From: Octopus sinensis
Taxonomy: Eukaryota
Direction of reading: 5' to 3'
Assembly (NCBI RefSeq): GCF_006345805.1
Contig: NC_043004.1
Span: 5,766,001 to 5,830,000 of the forward strand
Length of the DNA: 64,000 nucleotides
The notes under the pieces were generated by a model. The model was not told the DNA's origin and searched no databases. It was given only the letters and a program-made list of their open reading frames with translations. Shown here piece by piece: positions 54,270 through 64,000 of the stretch (the stretch's first letter is position 1; each line of letters begins with the position of its first letter). A program made the position numbers and the translations under genes.

Positions 54270-54654
54270 TTTTCTACTCTTGGCACAAGGCCCAAAATTT
54301 CGGGGGAGGGGACCAGTTGATTAGATTGAACCCAGTACACAACTGGTACTTAATTTATCGACCTCGAAAAGATGAAAGACAAAGTCAACCTCAGCGGAAT
54401 TTGAACTCAGAACATAAAGACAGTCAAAATACCTATTTCTTTACTACCCACAAGGGGCTAAACAGAGAGGACAGACAAACGGATTAAGTCGATTATATCG
54501 ACCTCAGTACGTAACAGGTACTTATTTAATCGACCCCGAAAGGATGAAAGGCAAAGTCAACCTCGGCAGAATTTGAACTCAGAACGTAACAGCAGACAAA
54601 ATACCGCTAAGCATTTCGCCCGGCATGCTAACGTTTCTGCCAGCTCGCCACCTT
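54270..54654 (-). mobile_element. SINE family B, young full-length copy followed by a second core
   Basis: CpG-rich head ggtggcgagctggcagaaacgttagcatgccgggcgaaatgc; core present twice. Confidence 0.85.
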
Positions 54655-54758
54655 ACCTTAATAACAATAATGATGGACTGTAATAGTCCATGAAAATGGA
54701 ATAAAATACAAATGGAAGTAAAAAGCATGGAAAATAAAACTATGCAGCAAAAAAGAGT

Positions 54759-54962
54759 TTAACCCTTTTGATAACAACCTGCCTGAAACTGCCTCTAGTT
54801 CCCTGATACAAACTCCCTGTTTTAAAAGGATCTGAAAATTTCATACTAATTTATGCTCCAAACACCAGTTTAATATTATCTTACTAAATTCTTTGTTATT
54901 GCCAAAATTAATTGAAACAAAGACAGTATAGTTGAGCAGGAATAAAGTAACAAAAGCGTTGA
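54759..54962. mobile_element. piggyBac-type MITE (second family), inverted relative to 47206
   Basis: ttaacccttttgata start, decayed gtaacaaaagcgttga end, internal match to 47206-47420. Confidence 0.65.
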
Positions 54963-55033
54963 GAGAAAAATGAATGACTGAAGCATTTAGAAACAGTGAA
55001 GTGCGACAGCAGTGAGTTGTTTGGTAAACCTAC

Positions 55034-55244
55034 CTCCCTTCGGAATCTCGGCAGTTGGGACAAGTGCAAGCAACCCTTCGTAGTCTCTTACCAGGTACCA
55101 CATCTGTGCTTTGTTGCTGCTGCTGTTGCTGTGGACTGTCAGCAGGGCTAAGGGGGCCGATCGGAGTGGGTGTTTGAGATGTGGTTTGAACCACTTGCCA
55201 CTTTGAAGGGTCACTAGGGTCCGGCTGCAGATGACCATGAGGTG
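55034..55244 (-). CDS. Sp1-4: Sp1-4 exon with poly-Gln and buttonhead box (GKRLRRVACTCPNC)
   Basis: Btd box as in Sp3/Sp4; tttcag acceptor and AG|gtaggt donor. Confidence 0.95.
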
Positions 55245-57179
55245 CTGAAATGATGACAGCAAAATTATTAAAGCAACATATCACAACAGATATAATAACT
55301 ACTGCAATATAAATATTATTTTCTCATTAGATAATTTCACATATATTATATTATATATGCATACATACATTTTGAAACTCAGAAACAAGACTTCATCATA
55401 ATTGTTCACTCACTGTGATACACTTTCACTCCTCATATAGCTGTAACATTGATGGTGCAATCTTTCGGGAGGGGGCAAATAGTTGATAAATCTTAATTTG
55501 AACAAGATCATTGCCACATATTTTTATGAATGTTGCCTGTCTCTGAGAGAAGTACTAAGCTTGTTGACATACATGTTTAGTGTCAGTTATTATTTCTATA
55601 TTATATTTTCTGGTTGGTGCCTTGGTGATATGCACTGTAGTTAAATAAATAAAAAAAAAGTTGCTTTCCCTTCTGTCTACTAAAAATCACCGTGTTTAAA
55701 CTCCTAGATGCTGGCATAAAACTATGATACAGAAAGTAACCACATGCACTGTACTTTATAGCCGATAAAACCATAAACAATAAGTATGAGAATAAAACAC
55801 GCTAAACAGAAGTCCTTTTCTGTATTTAAATTCATGGTGTTGCTACAGGATTGGTCACCTTTAAGCCTTAACTATGTAAAATTTTAGACATCTGAGTTTC
55901 TGGAAAACCCTAAACTATTGTAGATATGTTTGTTTTGTATTTACAATTACACAAAATGTAGACAAGAAATATGTCTAACAAAAGCAGATAAAACTTATAT
56001 AAAATATAAATAAAAGCCAATACATAGACAAAAATACTGAAAATACTTAATAAGTTAACAATGTTGTATATTATTAAATCAACAAAGAAAGGAAATAACT
56101 ACAACCCAAATAAGAATCATGATTAAGATAAAGACAAAACTTGAGTTATCAAAAGCTTTTCAATGCATTACAATACAAAGCTATTCATACACACAGAAAG
56201 GCATCATAAAAACGTGAACAAGGATGGATAACATGGAAATAATAAAAGAAAAAGTGTAAGATAACAGAGTCATTAGTTTTCTTAAAACAAATTCATAGCA
56301 ATTAAGTAGACATCATGAACTGGATGCTTTACTGTAATCTATTGTTCACAAAAGAAGGGAAAACTTATTTTGTATTAAAAATATTAAAAAAAAAATAAAC
56401 TTATTCTTTTAACCTGTTAATTGTGGAATGTAATTTTATACATTAGAATGTTGTGTTTGAAACTATTTTCTGTTGAGATATGTCAAGTTTATTGAGATAA
56501 CATAACCTGCAGAAAATAGCAAGCTTTAATATAGGAATAACCTCTGATTTGTCATATCATGCCAAAACCACCCAAACTATGCCAGGATGGAACCTGGACA
56601 TTAAATAGTTGTAGTGGCAGCAATTGTTGCTGTTGTCATCATATATTCAGTTGGATGGAGACAATAAAAATCATCATCACAATTTTAACATTCACTATTC
56701 CATGACTGTATGGTTTGGACAGAGTTTATTGAGGCAGATTTTCTGTGACAGGACACCCTGTTGCCAACCTTTATTCATTTCCAAACAAGGTAAAATTTCT
56801 CCATGACCAAGCATGTCTTCACAGAATATTTGTAATGAATACCACAGCTGGTATGACAGTGGCACTCAGTTACAACTATGACACAATGTCAAGTCAAGTG
56901 CGCACGCACGCACACGCACACACACAAACACATTGCAAACTGATCTCTTTTGGTTTCAATAAAGAATGTTCCAGTTCTTTAATTAACAGAACAGTTTTCG
57001 CTTTGAATTAGAGTGCAACTGGCTGAGGATTCTACAAACATGTGTACTTCTAACATAATTTACAAGGAAAATAGTAAGACAACTATCTCTGTCCCTCTAT
57101 CATATTCTAACTTCTTACCAGGCACTCAGACATCTCTCTCAATCCCACTCCCTCTCTCACCTAAGGGGCCTTCATCTTG

Positions 57180-57360
57180 CAAGTTACTTGGCAACCTTAT
57201 TCGTACAGGTGCCACATAAAAAGCACCTGTGCCAGTGCCATGTTAAAAAGTACCTGTGCTGATGCCAGACAACTTGAACTTGGTGCAGTTCTCCAGCTTA
57301 CCAGCTCTGGTCAAACTGTCCAACCCATGCCAGTTTGAAAAACAAACATTAAATGATGAT
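57180..57360 (-). mobile_element. SINE family C
   Basis: Reverse-complement match (gtccaacccatgccag...ttaaatgatgatga). Confidence 0.65.
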
Positions 57361-57602
57361 GAATCTGTATAATCATGTGTGGTAAGGCTGGTCCTTTGAA
57401 TTTCCAGGTAGAGTACACCTGATAGTCTTTGAAAGTTTCCATTTCTCTCCCAAATTACAGTCACAAGCCTTGGGTTTTGACTCAAGTATTTTTATCATTA
57501 CAAAACATATTCCTCAACCATTCAACCATGCCTGCATCTACAGGGTTTGCAGTATAACATATCATATTATCACTGCTATCAATCTTATGCTTCCAATCAT
57601 AA

Positions 57603-57900
57603 ACATGGCTGTATGGTTAAGAAGCTCGTTTCAGGTTCAGTCCCACTGCACAGCACCTTGACAAAGTGTCTTTTATTATAACCCAATGCCTTGTGAGTGA
57701 ATGTGTCTTTGTGTTTGTTCCCTTCATTGCTTGATAATTGGTGTTGGTTTATTAATGTCTCCATAACTCAGCAGTTCAGCAAAAGACACCGATAGAATAA
57801 GTACCAAACTTAATGGAGACAATTTGTGTGGCTAAACCTTTCAAGGTAGTACCCCAGCATGGCCACAGTCCAATGAGTGAAACAAGTAAAAGATAAAAAA
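57603..57900 (+). mobile_element. SINE family A
   Basis: Consensus match. Confidence 0.8.
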
Positions 57901-58669
57901 AAAGGTAATATAAAAGTACCATAAAAGATGGAAATCGTCCATCACCGGCCTATGACTACAACAACAACAATCTTATCTTCCTCCCTTTCCAATGACTCTC
58001 TTTGCCACAAGTACCTCTCCCACCAAGTCTTTGTGCCAAAAGACACTTTGGTACACACCAGCTTCTGCATATATCTCTCTTACACACATCAGATATTCCT
58101 TTCAATATTCATCTACTTAATTAAGTCTCACTTGATCTCTCTCTCATTGAAATTAACTTCCTACAACAAAAAGACCCTACTTGAGTTACTTAAGCCAGCC
58201 TCTGTTGCCTTTCTACGTTCAATCTGCAGTATCTTATATTGCGTCTTTATGCATTATACAGTTTACCTTTTGCATATGCACAGTCAGACTATAGCTCCCT
58301 GGGTTTCTTCCCCACATTTACAATCCATCTGAAAACACTAATAAACTTATCTTAGTAATAGAAACTATCTACTATGTCAAATGAAACCACTGAGCAAATA
58401 AGAGCGTTTAATAAAAATCACTTCTTTTTTTTAATATAAAATGACAAAACCAAGAGTTAAGAAGCTGTCATAAGCATAGCTTGGGACAGTGTGAAGCAGG
58501 GACAGACTGCTGAGTATTAGGGGCCCTCAAGACATAACTGTTTACCAGGCCCCTTTGAATGTGTTTTAGTAAGAGTTAACATGTAGAGTGCAGGCCCCTC
58601 AGGCAGTACCTGATTGACCAACAGCTCAGTCCGCCCCTAGTGTGAAGCTATTCAAATAGATTTTTATCT

Positions 58670-58868
58670 TTTTGTCTTTTATTTCAGATATTGGACTGCA
58701 GTCATGCTGTGGTACCACTCTGAAGAGTTTTAGTCAAACAGATCACCCCCAATACTTATGCTTTTCAATCTGGTTCTTATTCTATCAGTCTCTTTTGTGA
58801 AACCACTAAGTTGCAGGGATGTAAACAAACCAACACTGTTTGTCAAGCAGAGGGGTAGGTGACAAACA

Positions 58869-58899
<31 letters not shown>

Positions 58900-58934
58900 A
58901 TAGATATAGATATATTAGTGTGTATGCATGTACG

Positions 58935-58990
<56 letters not shown>

Positions 58991-59150
58991 GCTTCCAGGT
59001 AGTTTCTGTCTGCCAGATTCACTTACAAGGCATTGGCTGGACTTGGGATATAGTAGAAGACACCTGCACAAGGTTCTGTACAGAGAGAGGGACTGAACTT
59101 GAAGCCACATAGTTGCAAAGTGATCTTCTTAACCACATAGCCATGCCTGC
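58670..59150 (-). mobile_element. SINE family A with an expanded internal TG/TA tract
   Basis: Consensus match. Confidence 0.8.
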
Positions 59151-59724
59151 ACTTATATTATATGTGGAATATATAAATAGAAAAATCAAAATAGTGGCAG
59201 ACATCTGCCTTGATGGTGATCTATAACAGCTAAGACCAAGACAGGTGAGATAGAGTAATGAAAAATACCTGACAGGATATTTAAAATGGTAAAAGGTAAT
59301 TTGAGCTATCAATTGCAATTTCCTCAGATTTAATTTTTGTAGGTTTAGCAGTTGGAGGGAAAATGCATGAGGAAACGATATGGTCCTAGGAACCAAAAGC
59401 TTGGCAAAGCTTTTTGTGCTTGATGTCTGTTTGATGACAAGAGTAGGAAATAAAAAGCAAAGAGAAGGTTTAGGTTTAGCATCTGCAAGAGCACATAACA
59501 TAGAAGAGACAGAAGGACACTACTTGATGGTGAATGATGGTTTACTTAATAAATTATTTTTTCTAAATATGGGTAACAACTTGCATGTGTTATACTGTCT
59601 AAAATATATGAACAATCCTGCAGTGCAGTGCATATTTCTACCTTCAATACAATCAGTATCTGCTCAGAGCTGAAGTGTTTTCTAGCACAAAAAAAAAAAG
59701 TTCTTTTGTGATGCAATCTTCACC

Positions 59725-59900
59725 ATCATCATTTAACATTTGTCTTCCATGCTGGTATGGGTTGGATGGTTTGAAAGGAGCTGGCAAGCTGGAGAGTTGC
59801 ACCAGGCTCCTATTGTCTGTTTTGGCATGGTTTACATGGTTGGATGCCCTTCCTAATGCCAGTCACTTTACAGAGTGTACTGGGTGTTTTTTGTGTGGTG
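59725..59900 (+). mobile_element. SINE family C
   Basis: Consensus match. Confidence 0.8.
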
Positions 59901-60059
59901 CCATACATTAGTATATTCTTATGAACCAATCACTTGTGAAACATTAAGGGAAATAACTTAAATAACAGAAAGATGCATAATTAGAGAGAGATTAATAGGG
60001 TACGATTTGAGGGAAGTTTAGCTGTTTCTTGCAGAATGAGCAACTATAAAGTTTTTATG

Positions 60060-60290
60060 TGGCACACGCACAGGTGAGGTAAGCACTACTCACCTTGCCT
60101 GTGCCTGTACCACATAAAAAGCACGAAGTCCACTCTGCTGAGTGGTTGGTGTTAGGAAGGGCATCCAGCTATAAAAATCCTGCCGAAACAGTCACAGAAG
60201 TCCGGTGCAGGTTTCGGCCTAGCCGGCTTTTGTGGTACCGTCCCACCCATGCTAGCATGGAACATGGACGTTAAATGATGTCGATGATAA
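60060..60290 (-). mobile_element. SINE family C, CpG-retaining (young) copy
   Basis: ggttggtgttaggaagggcatccagct...cccacccatgctagcatggaacatggacgttaaatgatg. Confidence 0.8.
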
Positions 60291-61329
60291 AGAAGCTGTT
60301 TGTTGGTTTGTGAGGCTCTGTTACGTTTCTGATCATGGAGAATGTTTATGTTATGACATGAAGTGATGTGTCAATGATGCATCTGGTTGAGATCTGTATG
60401 CAGAAGGTATGGCAGTAATGCAGTGTCCTCTGCATTGGCTGCTTACGTAATAAGTTGTGACAAGCATGTTATTAGTGTAGGAAGGGGAGATTATAAAGGA
60501 GGGGAGATAAACAAAGTCTGACATATACAAAAGGTGATAAAAATGAAGGTCACACTACAACCAAACAACCCGACTAGAAGAAGATTTGAATCGAAATGCT
60601 TAACTATGAGTTGAGCCAACAAGTCAGCAGCTTTGTTAGAAAATTATATTCATTGACTGTATTTAAAAGTCAATTCCTTGATCTAACTGCTAATTAAATC
60701 AGTGACCTACACAATAACTTAGTGGTGACAACAAGCCATGGAATATATCAGACAACCCCCATACAGGAGCATAAATAAAGGACAAAAATATATTAAATAG
60801 CTGTATATAATTCCAGAAAGCAATAAAAATGTTTTCTTTAGAAAATAGTAGATATATAAACACTAATAGCGAAAGAGAACGAACATACCACACCTTGTAA
60901 ATTAATATCTTAGAGAAGTTTTACATCTGTCTATGTGACATTAACATACTATGTCACTTCAATAACAGTTTTATTAAGGAGCCATTGTTTAGGACTCAAA
61001 AATCTATTGTATCCTTTAAAGAGGATTTCAAATAACATAAATGCTTTCAAAACAAAGTATAAAATGATAGTAAACAGATAATAGAAAACTAAGAGTGTGG
61101 AACTAAAATTATGAGAATGTTGACGGGGGACAATAATATTGTGCTTGAGAGGCTCCTTCATAATATTTAAGTAGCTAAAGCAAATAACTAATATCATCCA
61201 AATAGGATTGACCTCCTTGATGAAATGGGGCTCCTCTAATGGCCCTCTAAAGTAAAGTTACTTGACAGGGTGTGTAGCTTGAAGACCAAGGAGTCTCTCC
61301 ACATCAAGCCACTACTTCTCTAAATTAAA

Positions 61330-61560
61330 AAAAAGCATACTTTGGTACTTCTGACATGTGATTAGAATGCCACAGGAAAGAATTGCAAAATGGGTTCTTC
61401 AAGCTGAGCAGGGGTAGACCAAGTGCAAGATGATTGGATAATATCCTAAGTCTTAGTTGGCCATGCTTGGGAATCCAGTAGGAGAGTATAATGACAGCTG
61501 CTTCTAATAGGACCCTATGAAGGAAGTGCCAAAGACTCTACTCCCACAACCCTCCCAGAA
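61330..61560 (+). mobile_element. RTE-clade LINE 3' remnant
   Basis: Decayed ..GHVIRMPQERIAKWVLQAE..GRP..W.D.I..LSWPCLGI pattern. Confidence 0.55.
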
Positions 61561-61917
61561 ATATTGGACAGAGAAGATGGGATGAATACACAGTGCAAAA
61601 TTCATTAAAAAAAAAAGAAAGAAAGAAATCTGTAGTCTCATCTTAATGAAGAAATGAATTAATATTGATATATTTCTAACAAACTGTTAGGATATCTCTG
61701 AAAATTGCATATTAATAAAGAGAAAGCCAGGCAATAAAATAGCAATAAATAACTTTCAGAGTAATTAATTAAATATATATTCAAAGTTTCATTTGTTATT
61801 CCTGATATTAGAGATGGAACAAACCTTAAAAATAACCTTTCCACAATTATCCAAACATTCTCCATAATTTCATACAAAAATGGCAGAAATTATAAAGGCC
61901 TTGTTGCACAAATCCCC

Positions 61918-62220
61918 ATCATCATTTAACATCTGTTTTTCATGCTGGCAGGAGTAGGATGGTCAGTCAGGAGCAGGCAAGCCAGACAGCTGCTCCAGGA
62001 TTCCTTTGTCTGTTTTGGCATGGTTTCTATGGCTGGATGCCCTTCCTAACGCCAACCACTTTACAGAGTGTACTGGGTGCTTTTTCAAGTGGAACCGGCA
62101 CCAGTACTTTACACATCACACCAGCACAGGTGGTTTTTAATGTGGCACCAGCATGGATGCTTTATATGTAGCACCAGCACAGCTACTTTTTACGTAGCAT
62201 CAACCTGGGAGTGTTGTATG
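61918..62220 (+). mobile_element. SINE family C
   Basis: Consensus match. Confidence 0.8.
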
Positions 62221-62424
62221 TGGTAATTTTTTTGGCAAGAGAAAAATGAACATGGTACATCTAATTAGACCAGTTACAAAAACAAATCATTCTGTCTCAA
62301 TATTCAAACAACAAAAAATGCTACTCCACATCATCAAAAGTAAAATACCCTTCCCCCTGCAGCATACAGATTGCAATTTGTATGCTGCAGGGAGAAGGGT
62401 ATTTGGATTTTATATACTTATATT

Positions 62425-62705
62425 AATGGCTGTATGATTGAGAAGCTTGCCTTACAGCCATGTGCTTTTAGGTTCAATCCCACTGCACAGCCTGTCTTTG
62501 TGTCTGTGTTTGTCCCACCACTACTGTTTGATGCCTGGTGTTGGTTTGTTTATGTCTCCATAACTTAGCAGCTTGGCAAAAGAGACTAATAGAATAAATA
62601 TCAGACTTAAAAAGAGGTACTGGGATTGATTTGTTTGACTAGAACCCTTCAAGTTGGTGCCCCAGCATGACCACAGTCCAATGAAACAAGTAAAAGATAA
62701 AAGAT
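62425..62705 (+). mobile_element. SINE family A
   Basis: Consensus match. Confidence 0.75.
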
Positions 62706-62734
62706 ATATCTTCAATACAAACCAAAATTATTTT

Positions 62735-63100
62735 TTTTACTTGTTTCAGTCATTTCACTGTGGCCATGCTGGAGCACCGACTTTAATCGAGCAAATCAAC
62801 CCCAAGACTTATTCTTTGTAAGCCTAGTACTTATTCTATCAGTCTCTTTTGCCAAACCACTACAGGGATGTAAACACATCAGCATCGGTTGTCAAGTGAT
62901 GTTGGGAGGACAAACACAAACACACACACATATATATGATGGGCTTCTTTCAGTTTCCGTCTACCAAATCCACTCACAAGGCTTTGGTTGGCCCAAGGCT
63001 ATAGTAGAAGACACTTGCCCAAGGTGCCACGCAGTGGGACAAAACCCAGAACCATGTGGTTGGTAAGCAAGCTACTCACCACACAGCCACTCCTGCACCT
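62735..63100 (-). mobile_element. SINE family A, full length
   Basis: Consensus match. Confidence 0.9.
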
Positions 63101-63414
63101 ACAGATTACTTGAAATAAATTAAGTATTCTGTTTCAACTTCAAAAACTCCTTCTACAGATCAGCTTCCTTTCAGTAAATTATTCAATGCATTTGAAGGTT
63201 CAGAAAGAGTAAAAAATTTATCTGTTGGATTTTTGAATAATTTTTTTTTTAAATTGCACGAAGCACAAACTGAAAATAAATGATAAAATTTAAAACTAAT
63301 TTTCAGTATAAAGCTAGTTTTAAAAATATTTAACTAAAAGCAAAATTAGAAAATTAATTTAAAATGAAGGTTCATTCACACAAAAACTAACAAAATAAAA
63401 GGCTTCTATATTCG

Positions 63415-63790
63415 TTTACTTGTTTCAGTCATTAGACTGTGGCCATGCTGGGGCACAACCTTGGAGAATTTTTAGACAAATGAATTGACCCCAGTACTTT
63501 TTCTTTTAAAGCCTGGTACTATTCTATCAATTTCTTTTGCTGAACTCCTAATTATGGGGACATAATCACACCAACACTGGTTGCCAAGTTGTGGTGAGGG
63601 ACAAACAAAAAGACATGCATGCACACACACACAGACGAAGGGCTTCTTTCAGTTTCTTTCTACCAAATCCACTCACAAGGCTTTGGTCAGCTTGAGGCTC
63701 TAGTACAAGACATTTGCCCAAGGTGCCATGCAGTGGGACTGAACCAAGAACCATGTGGTTGGGAAGCAAACTTCTTACCACCCAGCCATC
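63415..63790 (-). mobile_element. SINE family A, full length
   Basis: Consensus match. Confidence 0.85.
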
Positions 63791-64000
63791 TTTCGAATAA
63801 CGTATAAAACCTAATAACTTTTCTTTTCACAACAGTTTAGTTTCTGTGGAACCAGGCAAATTCGGAGAGAAGAAAATGCAATATCTTTTATCTTTTATTC
63901 GTTTCACTCACTGGAATATGGCCAAGCTGGATTCAGTCAAACAAATCAATCCTAGTACTTATTTTTTTAAAGTTTGGTATTTATTCTATTGGTCTCTTTT

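Noticed and set aside
55300-64000. 5' exons of the Sp gene (Sp box, Q-rich activation domains)
   Set aside because: No exon with convincing splice sites and Sp-like sequence was found; they probably lie beyond the window

Overview
AT-rich, microsatellite- and SINE-dense animal genomic DNA. The repeat families look like those of octopus (inferred from recall, not from a database search). Two spliced protein-coding genes converge. (1) A + strand gene with 10 phase-compatible exons (19465-38153, 573 complete codons seen, 5' end unresolved). It encodes a coiled-coil and S/P/N-rich protein with a Cys-rich motif and a late CAP-Gly domain whose signature is GVNDG rather than GKNDG. (2) A - strand Sp1-4-type transcription factor, with a buttonhead box and three C2H2 fingers in five exons (55244-49898); its 5' exons were not located. 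A CpG-richer stretch at about 7.0-8.0 kb may be a divergent promoter shared with a weakly supported - strand gene. Mobile DNA includes a 5'-truncated R4/Dong-type retrotransposon inside a (TAA)n tract plus two short 3'-tail copies beside other TAA tracts, a decayed Penelope-like element (RT plus GIY-YIG), RTE LINE remnants, piggyBac- and Tc1-type MITEs, Helentron/DINE-like elements and dozens of SINEs, several nested or inverted. A 3.3 kb (TA)n/TATACA array lies between the two genes. The most unusual observation is a 173-nt palindrome (38741-38913) just 3' of the CAP-Gly stop. Each arm independently folds as a minimal type-I hammerhead-ribozyme-like motif with a swapped G3-C8 core pair, an extra core nucleotide and a palindromic stem III. 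SINE and LINE boundaries are approximate; exon boundaries were read at GT/AG sites.
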